Positions 35,901-49,191 of a stretch of DNA of 64,000 bases are shown in pieces; the first letter of the stretch is position 1; each line of letters starts with the position of its first letter. A program made the position numbers and the translations under genes. Source of the stretch: Massalongia carnosa. Its lineage: Eukaryota. The stretch covers positions 2,170,001-2,234,000 of the forward strand of contig OZ287074.1 of assembly GCA_965645245.1 (NCBI GenBank), in the 5' to 3' direction. Below the pieces are notes generated by a model. The model saw only the letters and a program-made list of their open reading frames with translations, was not told the DNA's origin and ran no database searches.

Positions 35901-38500
35901 GTCCTTCAGCCACCGTCCTGCTTGAAATCGAGTTGCCTCGTCGACTAACTGCAGCACCGCCTTGCCTTCTATGTAAAGAATATCGACGACAAGGTGGTAA
36001 TTAAACTCGACGTCATCTTTTATGGTAAAACCGAACCTGCCTAGCGACTTTCCGTGCTTCTGACAATGGTGGCAATATTTAACGAGGTATTCTAGGGCTC
36101 GAAGGTCGACATCATGACCTGATCGCTCGAGAATCCGATGTAGGCGCGAGACTGATGGGTGCCCGAAGCGACGATGTAGTCGGCGGAGCTCGGTGGTAGT
36201 TAAGAAGCATGGATTTTCCGAGAATGATACAATCGCGAGGGCATATGCAGATGTGCAACATAAAAGAAACGCATGACCATACCGGCGAATCACAGGATGA
36301 GTATGTTGGGCCTGAACAACTTGATTGGTTAGGTTATTGAAGAAGGCACCTAGCTTGTCCATGTCGGCGAGGCAGAGGAGAAACGGCGTATTGACTCGTA
36401 CGATATGAAAGACGATTCTTCCTATGGGGGTATTCAGGTTGACCGTGCCGATTGAAGACGTACTACCGATGCCAAAGACGAAATTTGCTGACCCAGCCGT
36501 TGTCTCGTCGAGTTTTATCGAGATGATCTTCTGCAAGGCCTTTAGCTGCCCAATGCCACCGGTTGACCGAGTTGCAGCACCGGAATCGATCAGTAGCCCT
36601 TTAAACTCGGACTCGTCGTAGCGAGTGTCGGTTGACGTGATAAAACTGTAGGGCACTGAGACGGGGGCGATGGTATTGTCTGACCAAGTTATGCGATGTT
36701 CGAAGGCCTTATTGGTCAGCATGTTGATCGCATTAATAGACTCAACTGCATGAAGGGTGCCAATCGAGGTATGAAACATCTCGGTAGCGATCTCTGCATC
36801 AAGAGAAGGGTCTTTTGCCTCGATGGACAGGTCTCCGAAAAAGTGAGCTATTTCGTCTTCATCTTCATCATCGCCCTCATAATGAGCGATGTATTGACGA
36901 AGATTGCGTTCATAGCCTGAGCGATTTTTGTACTTGGGATGCCTATCTCCCCAGCGCTTCTTGGAGTCCTCCTGTTCTTTCGATGAGTGATTCGTTGACC
37001 AGCATCCTTCTTCATCGCATACGAAGCAGCGTTTTTGACGCATTGGGCCACGAGACGGGTTTCGAGACTGGTTTCGAGATGAATAACTTGATCGGTTGAA
37101 ACGTTGTCCGCCACGAGAGCGAGGGTTGAAACCGCCTCGGCGATACCGCCGATCGGTGAAGAAAGACTCCTCATCGTCCTCATTCTCGCCTAAATAGCTC
37201 CCCTGCGCGGACTTATGCACCGCTTCATAATTGACGATTGAGGCATAGAGGTTATTGACCAATCCTGGTGTGTCCTGTGGTGGATTTGTTAAACCGGCCG
37301 CGAGTGCTGGGTGACCCCTACAGGCCCGAATGATGTTCTCTCGCAGATGAATTGACCCGTGATATGCCGTGTTGATGCCTCGTTGTATCGTGTCCAGCTC
37401 GGTGCATAGCTTTCTGAGACACTCGGTTGTCGACAGCGAGGGGTTGGCCGAGATAAAATCGTTCAGGGAGATGGTTTGCCACTTTGCCAGATTGTAGCGT
37501 TCCCACTCGGGCCCTTCAAATAATGTCCTCATGTTTTGACAGAATCATCAAACGACGCGGCGGAACCTCGATTTGCATAGTAATGAGTCAATGCCTGACC
37601 AGAAAGCATAAGCGAGGCTCCATGAATGAACGCGATATGAGGTAGTCCGACTCGCCTGCATTTGTCGAGGAATATGGTGAGTTTGAAACCGAAGTTGTCG
37701 CCCGTGCCACTAAACTTGTCGTTATCCTTGTAGATTTTCTCTAGCAGAGTCAATTCCTTGGCGTATTGGTTGGTCGAGTTCTCCTGAAATTGATGATGAG
37801 GCGTTTGATGCGATGATTGACTCGGAGGTAGTTGTTGCGAGATCTGCTGAGTAAATTGTGGGGACCGCGACGCGAGGGGTGCCTGAGGTATGTACGGATT
37901 TGGTGATGCAGACTGATGCAATGGGGTCTGGAGTCTGGTATCCTCGTACGATTGTGTTCTCGGATCCGCAGATAGACCTCGCGAGTTTGCAGCGATGAGA
38001 TTTAGATTATCTGACTCGATGATGCTCATGAGTTCCCGCTTTCGGTCGAGGGTTATCTCGGATAGATGTTTATATCGTCCTTGAACCCATTTAATTTGTT
38101 CGAGAGTCCAGTCCAGTTCCCATTCCGTGTTGATAGCCTTTATCATGACGGATGCGTGAGTCCTGCCGGGCCCGTAGTTGTGATCGATCCAAATGCCGTG
38201 TTGATAGCAGTAGGCCTTTACGAGTTCCCAGGTGTCTCGATCGAATTTGTTGAAATGCTCCTCTTTGAAGTGCTCGAAGTTTCCCTGGACGATATTCCAT
38301 AGATAGTAGTCCTCGTAGTCATTGTCTGCGTATCTTTGGAAGTGATATTTAACATATTTTCTTGATTGTCTCGGCATCGGCCGTCTCCGGATCGATGCCG
38401 TTGGGAAAGGGATTTGTTGACTCGGTTGACTCGATCGCGTTTTCGGCGCTCGGAGCAACGCTCGGAGGACCTGCCATCGTCAGCGATAGCGAGGTTTTTG
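32916..38500 (-). mobile_element. Ty1/Copia-type LTR retrotransposon (LTR at 32916-33243), frameshifted gag-pol
   Basis: LTR TGTCAGT...ACTGACA; gag, protease LIDSGA, GAG-pre-integrase LHRRFGH/CxxC, integrase, RT (KSRLVVQ, DVTQAYVQS, KPLYG, QTDD) and RNase H ([24 protein letters not shown]) in Copia order. Confidence 0.9.
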
Positions 38501-38539
38501 ATGAATAGTAAAACTCACGTGTAGGTATAATAGCATGAT

Positions 38540-41500
38540 TGTCATTGAAGGTATGGATTATATGTGAGCTATCTACTTCATTATATAGCAGTCACATTGG
38601 AGACCTTTCGGCGACCCTTTTCATAAGGAGTCACTGAATCTCGGTCCCCGGAGGTCCCCTCGGTCCCCGTGGTAGAGTCGCCGAAGATAAGCACTAGATG
38701 AATGCCCATGATGGTAGTCCCTACCATCTGACACTCCCATTCAGTCATCTTGAGACTATTCGAATATTACCTCTTTGAGCTTAGTTCATGCCAAGCATTA
38801 ACTTAAAGTCCTCAAAGGGTTTAGCGGCCAGTGGCTTCGTAAGCCTATCTGCCACCATCTCTTTGGTCGAGATAAATTTGATTTTTATCTTTCCCAATTC
38901 AACCACCTCCCGTATCCAATGCCATTTGATTTCAATTTGCTTGGTGCGACGGTGAAACTCCGGGTTTTCGGCCAGTGCAATTGACCCTTGATTGTCCCCT
39001 CGAAGTAGGACTGGGTGGCCCTTCTTCCGGTATCCCAGCTCGGTCAGAAATCGTGCACACCAAATGGCCTCTTTAGCTGCTTCTGTTAGGGCCATATATT
39101 CGGCCTCGCAGGTGGATAGGGCGACGGTAGGTTGTAGCTTGGAACAGTGAGAAATCGGGGCGCCTGCTAACAAAAATGTATAGGCCCCTGTCGATTTTCT
39201 TCCATCTTTCGTTCCAGCATAGTCGGAGTCCGAGTACCCCACAATGTCATCCTCGGTGTCTTTTCTAAACACGAGACCTGCATTTAGGGTACTGGAGATA
39301 TAACGCATAATGCGCTGAAGATATTTGCAGTGTAATGGGCCTGGGTTCGAACAATATCGACTCAGTACTCCCACTGCATAAGCGATGTCGGGGCGTGTAT
39401 GCATGGCTGGCCACATGAGCGAGCCTACCACCGACTGGTACCAGGTAATTGTTTTCTTGTCGGCCTGGTCTTCCGACGGCATGAGTGTTTCCGGCACCGG
39501 GGTCCATGGGGGTGGAAATAGGTCTGCAGTCGACCATATTAAATCGCTGCAGTATCTTCTTCAGATAAGTTGTTTGCCGGAGAGTTATAATCGATTTTTC
39601 GGTGTTGACGTTCACCTCAATTCCCAAATAATGGGACACTTCTCCCAAGTCCGTCATGCGGAAACGAGACTTCAATTCGTGTTGCAGTTGCTGCAATTTT
39701 GAAGTATCTTTGCCGAAGATGAGGAGGTCGTCGACGTAAATCGCTATAAACATATCGTCCGATACAAAAACTCCATGGTCCGAATATGTCCGTTTAAACC
39801 CCATCTTTTGCAGAAAATCCTGCAAGGTCGGGTACCATACACGAGGGGATTGTTTTAGGCCATATAGGGCCTTTCGTAGTAAGCAGACCTTGTCCTCCCC
39901 TTTTTCGAACAAGGTGGGTTGTATGACATAAATAGCTTCATCTAGGAAGCCATATAGGAAAGCAGTCACCACATCCATGTGGTGAATGCAAAGCCCCTTT
40001 TTAACACTGATTCCTATCAATGCTTTGTAGGAGACTGGTTTTACCACTGTAGCAAAGGTATCGAGGTAGTCTAGGCCTTCCTTTTGTTTATAGCCGTGAA
40101 CTACCCATCTTGCTTTGTACTTTAGTACTTTCCCATTTCTGTCTTTCTTTAGTTTGAACACCCAGCCACCGGTGATCACCTTTCGATCTGTCGGTGCTTT
40201 TTCTAGTGTCCATGTTTCATTCTCCACTAGGGATTGGTATTCGGCCTCCATGGCCTTTTTCCATTGTTCCCAGAGGGGTGAGGACATTGCCTCTTTCAGT
40301 GTCAGAGGTTCATCGAGGCCTTCTGTGTCCTCGCCTCTTGCCAGGGTGATTAGCACTCGTACCATATGTTTATGGGATTCTGGCACCTGGTTTGACCTGA
40401 ATATATTTATGCTGGGACGGGAGTTCTCCAGTGACTTTTGACTAGGAACTCTTAATCGCCCAGATCTTCGAGGCTCGATGAGGGGTGAAGGAATTTCTTC
40501 CGTTTCACTTGGATCATCCTCCCCCTCACTCTCCTCGGCTTGGCCTCCCCCCGACGCATTTACTCCCATTGGATGAAGTATTATTCGTGGAGTTGATGGG
40601 GCCGATACCTGTTGGTCTTCCGAACTTCTCGATATTTTGGAGTTCGGGTTTATCGGAGATAACGAATTTGGGATTTCGACTTCATTTTCGACAAAGTCGT
40701 CCGGATCATCAAAAAATCCATCATCATTCTTCTCCCATGGAATGTCGGCTAGGTCCCAGGCCTTTTTGTCCTTGGGATCATATATATTGCCTTCGTCGAC
40801 GGTGATATCGCGACAAACATGGACTTTTCCAGTGAGAGGATCGTAGATTCGATATTGATTGTTTCCATCATACCCGACAAATATGCCTTGCCAGGAACGA
40901 TCATCCAATTTCTTTCGTTTCTCCTTTGGGATATGTACCCACGTCCTTGCCCCGACCGTTCTCATATGGCTGAGGAAGGGTTTCGCATTGTTCATGCGTT
41001 CATATGGAGTGACCTCGTCGACCCCGGGACTTCTATTTTTGATGTACCCAGCAGTCTTCAGGACTTCCCCCCAAAGAGAATTTGGAAGTTTCTTTGCTTT
41101 CAACATGGACCGGGTAGAGACCATGAGAGTATAGTTCTGTCTTTCGGCTTTTCCATTTTGCTCGGGCACATTCGGTGCCCTAGCTTCCCATTGAATGCCT
41201 TCCTTTTTTAGAAAATTCTGGAAGTCTCCTCCCGTGTACTCTCCTCCTCCATCAGCTCGAAGGCGCTTTATTTTCTTTCCTGACTGATTTTCTATCCATG
41301 CTTTGAACTCTTTGAAAATTTCAAGGTCTGACCCTTTGTTTTCAGCAAATACACCCACACTACTCCGGAGAAATCGTCTTTTATTGTAGCATAAAAACGT
41401 TCACCGAACCTTGTCAGTGGGAATGGTCCCCCCAAATCGCTATGCACTAGACCCAGGAATTCTGCTGCTCGGATCCTTGGAGTGCGATTTATTTTCCGCT

Positions 41501-42092
41501 GTTGTCTACCCATCATGCATGGGCCGCATACTTCTTCTGGTATGGGTCCTTCGATGGTGACTCCATTGGCTAAGTGATTTGATTTTAGGAGGTTTGGATA
41601 GCTGAGGTGGCCGAGTCGTTCGTGCCATATTTGAATAGGGGACTTTGCAGAATTTGTGGTGGTGAGGGCCCGTGCACCGATAGGGCTAATGGTGGTTTCC
41701 AAAATATATTGATTATTTATCGTTTTGGCCAGTCCAATCACCTTTCCTTTGTGCACTAATTGTGCGGGCTGCTCGTCCGCCATCAGGTATGTTGCTATGC
41801 CTTTCTTACCAAGCTTAATGGTGCTGATGAGGTTAAATTTTAGGCGTGGGAAGTATAGGACATCGGTCAGAATGAGGTCAGTTTGACTCCCATTGCCATT
41901 GTCCAACGGGATAAGCAGAGAGCCTGTGCCCTCTGTTGGTAGTACTTCTCCGGACCCTGTCTCTAGAAAGTTGTACTCGCTCCGAAAGGTTCCTTCTAGA
42001 AAGAAGTCCTTGTTGCAGAGAATATGTGAGGTTGCACCGGAGTCGAGTAACAAGCTTTGGGGACGTTGGGGGCTTTGGGACGGTTTTGCCAT
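38540..42092 (-). mobile_element. Second Ty1/Copia retrotransposon (3' LTR at 38540-38733), 5'-truncated
   Basis: LLDSGATSH, WHERLGH, LVHSDLGGP, RADGGGEY, QNGKAER, YKARWVVHG, MDVVTAFL, LYGLKQ, YVDDLL, YSDSDYAG, STCEAEY; purine tract next to the LTR. Confidence 0.92.
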
Positions 42093-42389
42093 ACAAACAA
42101 GCGGTGTTTCCTAGGTACTTTTCCCGGAACATTCCCTTATCATACAGACTATTTGTGGCTTTGAGGCTTTATGGCCCCCTTCCTCGCAAACGCTTTCTAA
42201 ATGGCCTACTTTACCACATGTTTTGCATTTAGAGTCAATATACCTGCATGTTCCAGGGTGAAACTTCCCGCAACAGTTGCATTTGGTCTTACCCTCTCCG
42301 GACCTTGCTCCGGAGGGGTGCTTTTTGTTGTTAGTCTTCCCTGTAATTCGCGGGCTCCATCGTGTCAGCTGAACATATACATAATTTCT

Positions 42390-45300
42390 ATCTATGTTTG
42401 GGCAACTCTCCCCTCGCTGCTGCCCTGCTGGCGCTCAGTTTTGCTGAGGGCCTCTCCTATAATGGCTTTGTTTTGGCAGCAGTGAGGGGAAAAACTCCCA
42501 ACCCCAAGCAGGGAATGGCCCACCTACGGTGGTGCTGTTCGGAACGTGGCGGGGGGTCGTTGAAAACGAAGGGAGGTCGCTATTAATTGGTCCGGGTGTG
42601 TCTGAATGTACAATTGATATGAGTCTGATTTCCATCGGCCCAAGGTCTGAATATCTTCCTCTAGCAAGCCCGAGTTCTTGGCCGTTGTTGCTGCACCCCG
42701 TCGAAACGAATGACCCGAGTAACTCCCTCGGACGCCAATTGCCCGGAGGCCACTCCGTAGGGCCTGCACTAAATATTCACGAGTGAAGGCCTTGTCCTGA
42801 ACTTGGAACAATGGGGACGATGCTGGTTTCGGGAATCGGGTAAACAAGTTCCGAATGGAGGTGATCGAGCATGCTTCGTCGTTTTTTGCTGCGATATAAA
42901 TTTTTCTACCCCTTCGAAAAGGGTCCGTCTTGGATGACGGTAGGGAAAGAATTATTCGATCCGCTTGTAGATCCACCGATTTCCTAGTTAAATGCCATGA
43001 ATCGAAGCTGGAGTCTTGCATTTCTCCCTGTTTGTAGGTAAATTCTCCCGCTCTTAAGAAGGCGGCAAATGCGATGCTGTATGCTGCATGAAGTGTTGCC
43101 TGGACCTCGTTGGTATTGTCTAGTTTCCGTAGCAATTTTATCAAAACGTTGCGTGTGATTGGTAGCCTTTCTCGTCTTTCTGGTTCACCGTGCATTCGTT
43201 TTATTCCCGCTATTATTCTGTCTAGGACTGGATGGTGAAAGACCTCCAGGTCCCCTAGGCCCATGTCCAATTGGCTCGATCGTACTCCAGCTAAATAGTT
43301 TTTGATGCTTTTCGGGCGGAGCCCTCGCTGACCCAGGGCGGCTATCCATGCCGAAAGACTTCGAATTGTCGCTAGAAAGGGAGGGAAATTGGTTGCCAAT
43401 TGACAGTGAGTCGTGTAGCTTTTCCGGGCTGTATCGTATAGCCCTCGAGTCCTAATTGCTATGCCCCACCATAAATATCTTGCTGCTCGGCGATCCAGCG
43501 GAACCTCGTTATACCAAGTCTCTGGGGGGTCGCGGGCGAGTGACGCCGTTATTTGTTCGATGAAATGCCCTGCAGGTTGGGGTAATTGTCAGCGATTTTT
43601 CCAAATAGTCCTCGGGACAACCAATCTGCTAAGAAATTTTCTTTGGTAGACAGCCAGTGTGGTTCAATCTCAATGTCATATATTGCCGCCATCATGGCGA
43701 TATTCCGGAGGGGATGCATGGCCCCGCCCCGAATGGAGGTCTTTTTGACCCCGGACATTACAGCAAAGCTGTCGCAATAAAGAAGGAGATGAGCTCCCTT
43801 GCACATGGGGAGCCACCGCCGTATGGCGTGCAGAATTGCTGTCATCTCCTTCTCACTGATATGTTTGGCTCTGAGCCTGGTGGTATAACGTTCAGAAACC
43901 ACTTGCTCAGCGGGCAATGTGTGTGTGGTCTGACCACCTTGAAGTATGTATGCCCCGATTCCGAAGTCCCCACTGGCATCCGTCCAGAGACGGAGCAGGG
44001 GTCTCGAAGGGCTAATAATTTGTATGCCGTTCCATAATGGAAGGAATGATGCCACCGTAAAAGATCAGCTTTTATGTGAGAATTGATATGAATAAATGGG
44101 CGCGTGGGCCCGATTTTGCTGTTGAAAAGGCGTCGGAGAAAGGTTCTTCCCGGCACCACCACTTTGGCTGCAAAGCACAGAAATCCCAGCAGAGTGTCTA
44201 GCTCGTTTCTGGTTATAGTGGATTTATTCAATGTTGTTTGGACGAGATCCTTAGCTTTCTGAAGCTTTTCGGCCGGTAGTCGTGCCTGCATGAGGTGTGT
44301 GTCCAGCTCGATGCCCAGGAATTCGACTAAGTTACCGTGCCTTGTTTATTTTTCTTTTCGTTGATTTTTAGGCCGAGGTCTGAACAAATTTCGGCAAAGT
44401 TCCGATCAAAGGATGCCGCATCGGGAATAGCGCGAACGATTCCGAGAAAATCGTCTAAATAGTGAATAACTTCGCCATTTGTTTTATTAATCATCATCCA
44501 GTTCAGACCTTTCGCGAATAAGTCAAACAAGAAGGGAGACGTCCTGAGGCCGAATGGAAGAAAGCGTTCTATCCAGTAAACCCCATTCCAACAAAAACCC
44601 AACAACCACCAATCGCTTTGCGCCACTGGAACGTGGCGAAAGGCATCGGCTAGATCTCGTTTGATCAGTACGCAGTCCTTGCCCAATCTTCTGACACCGG
44701 CGAGGGCTTCGTCGGAAGTGATATATTCCAGAGCGCCCCATTCTTCGGGAATGAAGTCGTTCACCGAATTACCCTCGGGGTGGGAGAGGTGATGAATACG
44801 GCGCCATCCTCCGTTTGCTTTGGGGACCAGGCCTAAGGGGGAGCATATATATCTAGCTAGTAGGGTGGGTACTTCGATCAATCGGTTCTTGGCCCTCTGG
44901 TCCTCTACGTCCATGGTCAGAATTTCTGGGGCCGCGTTGGCCGACGCCAGGTTGTTGCTTAGAATGAATTGATCTGGGCCGGTGTAACCAATTTTGGCCC
45001 CGTACACGATTATATCGTGAATGGTCTTTTTGTAAATTTTATCCGGATGACCCATGAGGTGAAGTTCCCAGCCTTCTTTTCTTAGAGGCCCTGAGGGTAC
45101 GATTGCTGATTTATCTATCAGCGGATAGGGGAACCCTTCGGCGATATGATCAAATGGGCCGGCTAGTATCTCGTCTACCCGTTGACATGAAATTTGGGTT
45201 GGTGATATGTGCCTTAGGGCAGTTGTTTTTTGTGTGATGGCCGAAACAGAGACTGCAGATATGAAGGTACCTGCAGTCCTTGAATTCCCGCCCTGCGTTG

Positions 45301-46330
45301 TATCGATTGCAGGACATGGGCTTTGATTCAGTGGAGCCGCCTACCGGGATTGATCCTGGGTACTGTTTGGTGGTACCTCCCGTCATGGACAAGTTAGGTG
45401 TCCGTCGAGTAAGGTACATGTTTTCGATGGTGGTGTCGATTCTCCTCCATCCGGCCGGGTCGTTCACCCCTGGTACACTCGACCCCTGTGGAAGATTATA
45501 TGAAACACCCGTACTGACTCCCAGGTGTAGATGGTGTAATGTAACAACGAGCGGTCCTGATAGATTTGAAAGGCCCTACAAAGACTGTCTTTTATTCCGG
45601 ATGGTGCCAAATGAAGCAAGACCTGCCAATACACCCCGAGGCAGCGAATCAGGTGAGGTAGTCCCTTGATGTCTCCTGGTGACGCATCGTCTTCTTCTTG
45701 TATTAATTCGTATCCTTTGGCCAGGTTCACTCGTTTGACAGTTGGTTTGATTAAGACTACATCGGTGCAGAGCTTGGAAATATTTATGGGATCGAATTTG
45801 TTGTTCAGAATTTGTCGGAAATAAATGCTGTTTATGGCGGGATACTCGATAATTAGAGGAAGGAGACATGGATCCGTACCTTCGGTTTCAGCGGGCAGTA
45901 GCTGGTTAGGGTGGGGAGTGTGTGCCTCCTGCCTACCCTCGGGACTGTGTTTTCTTCCCTTATGCGCTGAATGGCCGCCAAGTTGTCGGCGATTTGCTTT
46001 TGAAGGTGACGGGTCTCCTCCTGCCTGAGGGCTGTCGCCGTGGCCTCCTGCTGAGCCCTGAGGTCCAACAGCAGGTCCGGGGTTGGTTCCGGTGTTCGGT
46101 GGACGTCTATCACATCGCCCGGAAGTGTTCCTTCCGAGCCTTGAGTGTTCGGAGGATGCTGTGTTTCTGGAACTATGGCCCCTCCCCTAGGGGGTCGGGT
46201 GGAACGAGTGGGACGTTGACCAGGCCCGGAGGTGTTTCCGGAGCGGGCGGAAGGCTTGGTGATTCTTTGAGGGCGATGGGAAGGCATGATGGGCTCAATG
46301 TGGGAGGTAATATAGGATGAGAAATGGAGG
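42390..46330 (-). mobile_element. Tyrosine-recombinase retrotransposon (DIRS order, Ngaro-like): gag-like, RT, RNase H and YR ORFs, frameshifted
   Basis: RT DLADAFRH, LPFGLRTSP, HYLDDF (44327-45055); RNase H WTDASG...E..A...YCDS...ADWLSR (43549-44055); YR RAGE, SKTDPF, HSFRRGAAT, LGRWKSD..LY (42524-~43500); boundaries approximate. Confidence 0.9.
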
Positions 46331-46509
46331 TGATTTAGAATGATGGGGTTGAGGGTGGGTGATTGACAGATGTTTTTAATTCGGGAAAGACTTTCAAAAG
46401 ACCTTTTGGTGCTGAACTCCGAATCAATGGTGATGATGAGGAGAAGAGTGCCAAAAGGCCACCTAGTTAAGGACTGAGAAGAAGAAGAAGAAGAAGCTCA
46501 TCAAACGGG

Positions 46510-48228
46510 CCGAGGACGAGTTCGAGCTCCTGAAGACATTGTTTCTCTCCGTCGAGATCGTCATTGATCACGAGCGGCACCGTGTACAACTAGCCTTGAT
46601 CATGCAGCTAGCCGGAATCACAGACAACCGTCCTGCTGCCCTCTTGGGTGTGTGCTACAAAGATGTTAAGATCACCTTGCTTCCGGATCTCGAAGGAGGG
46701 GAGCTTCCTCGACGGTTGATTGAAATCGCATTCAAGAATACGAAGGGCTATCTCGATAAAGAAACGTCCGTGTTGCCCTTTTGTGCTTTCTTCGTCGAGA
46801 CGGACAGTTTCGCTGAACGACTGACAAGTATCATAGAAACGAGTTCAGGATTCCTGACGAGCCTGACGAACCATGCCTGCTGCTTTGTCCTCGTCTGAAC
46901 CTACTCACTTTGATCTTTATCGATCAGGCCTTCGCCGCTCCGAATTGATTTCTGCCGAACAGTTATTCCGTCTCCGGATCCCCTCGGGACAGAAACAGCT
47001 GCCGTGTCCCCTTAAGGAAACGATGCTACACGTTCTCCTCTTCCGCCGATCAACGGGGTTCGAATTTCGGATGACAAAGCTCTGCCTGACTGAACTCTTC
47101 GCTCACGGATGATAACCCTTGGAAGCGTCAATGGCATGAAGCTTCCCACCGGTTCATACATCTTTCGACGCGGAAATAGCGAAGCTCTCGACAACAGCAA
47201 GTGTGTAACACGACCTCTATCAATCTTCTTTTGAGCTTTTCGCTGAGCCTTGCACAGGCTTCATCAGCGAATCGCAACGGAATCTGAATTTGCAATATCA
47301 TAACTCCACCGTGTTCTTAAAAAGCTATCTCTCGAGGTATATCACAAGTGATACCGGGGCCGCCTATTGTGGTTTGAAGCCGCCAACTGCGTTGATGCGA
47401 CTCGCCAGTGGAATGAGTCGTACGATTGATCGACGACGGCCTCGGAAGCTCAATGACGCCCAAAAAGCCCAGGTCGATCGTCACCCAGGGGTGAGACTCC
47501 TTCGCCGGAGGCAAAAGAAAATGCTCCAGTTCATCAAAGACAATCATGGACCCATCGCGAGCATGAAGGGGACATCAGTGTAGAATAAGTACCAAAAGGC
47601 GTATCAAGCTCATCGCAACATAAAACGGCGGCAGAGGAGGCTCTTTTACAAGAGGTCAAAGCGAGGTATAAGAGGGAGCAGCCGGTGATCGACATTCAAC
47701 GAAAGCTGAAAGGACTGCCGTCGGAAGAACTGGAGACGGCGAAGGCAGAGGATTACGTCTTCGAGGAGCGTGTCCGGGTCATCGATACCCTCCTCACCTT
47801 CGCGACGTCATCCCCAAACGAAGAGTGCAAACGGCGGGTGGAAGCAATCAATGCTTTGACAGCCCTTTGTCGCTTGCAGGAAGGCAAGCGTCCACGTCGT
47901 TCAAAACTTTCTGCGTCGGTCATCAAGGAACGGCATCTGACACCACCATCTGTCCTCGATCCGGCCTCTCTTTCAGACTCCATCCCGATTGAATGCGAAC
48001 CCACTCAATGTATCTTTTGCCTCGGCTGTGTAGCGCTACCCACCGAGACACGTCTGAAGTCTTTCCACAGCCGCTACGATCTGAAAAAGCACTTCCATTG
48101 TAAAACACCTTCGTCATCACCAAGACGGTCATCCGATCGCATGCTCTCATCAAAGGTGTCAAGATGTTTTGACAAGCACAATGCACTTGCAGAACCATAC
48201 GGAGTTGGTTCACAAGACGCCCACTTGA
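46510..48228 (+). pseudogene. DUF3435 tyrosine recombinase (Starship-captain family) with C-terminal zinc-finger-like region; 5'-truncated and frameshifted
   Basis: ERHRVQLALIMQLAGITDNRPAALL, FKNTKGYL, YIFRRGNSEALD, LQYHNSTVFLKSYLSRYI, MSRTIDRRRPRKL, CIFCLG...DLKKHF and MHLQNH..VH motifs. Confidence 0.75.
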
Positions 48229-48892
48229 CTGTCATTCGGCCTTTGCGTGCAGATTGGTTACATAAAGTCCTTTTGAGGTCACCACCTTACGAGCGGCCAT
48301 AATAAGTTGCCTCCCCATAGAAAAGCTTCGGTTCGGCATCGAGCTTGACTAATTCCATACCCTTCTGCTGTTTTCGATGCGTCGAATGGTAAGTCACATG
48401 ACCATCTCGGGTTCTTATGGGTTCTTCGCTCCTTGTAGCCTATGACTGCTGCGTCATCATCAGCATCAACTCTCGTATCGCTCTAGCTCCCAATTTCGGC
48501 TCCTCTACTCCCTCGCAACATCTCGTCTTCAAAATCATGGCTACCGTACCATTTGCAACAGCGACCGAATGGAATAGCCTAGGAGTATACGTACAATGTC
48601 CCTTCTGTCTAAAGACTCATCATCACGGACCAGATCATCGGTCATGGACAGGTCAAACTTGGGTTGCTCACTTCGGGGGCAATTTTGGGTATGCTGACCT
48701 TATCTATCAATCACTGTATTCTTACGAAAGATAGTTTCCTCCATCTAACATTCATCTAACATGGCTGCCTAAATCATACATGTACCGCATTAAAGACGGA
48801 GAGCATATCGGCGCAACACACATGAAGTCAGAGATAATGGTTTTATCCTTGGGGTCACTATCTAGACCGTTATGTACATAGTAGCAATATTA

Positions 48893-48975
48893 AAATGACT
48901 GGGGCTTTTTAGTCCCTATCCCTTTTCAATCACTACTCCCTTTTAATCCCTACTCTCTTTCAATTCCTATATGCT
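48893..48975 (+). repeat. Dispersed repeat, homologous to 63027-63110
   Basis: AAATGACTGGGGCTTTTTAGTCC...CTTTTCAATCACTACTCCCTTT occurs at both sites. Confidence 0.7.
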
Positions 48976-49191
48976 CCGATTTGGCACAGCGAGACAAGAT
49001 GCCAAGAAAGTTGAAACTTCCCTCGTACGCCTTGCGCCCCTGTGCCCCTTACCTTCAAGTTCCCTCTCAACGGAACGATAGAATTTCAATTCCACCATTG
49101 CCAGCAAGATTCAACTAGCTTTCAGACGGTATTGATTTGATTTCATTTTGACGTTTGAATATGTCATCCAGCATTGTCCTGCCTAGAATTG

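Noticed and set aside
48417..48734. Short ORF with a CPFC..HHHG motif
   Set aside because: Possibly a gene relic, but too short and unsupported to assign
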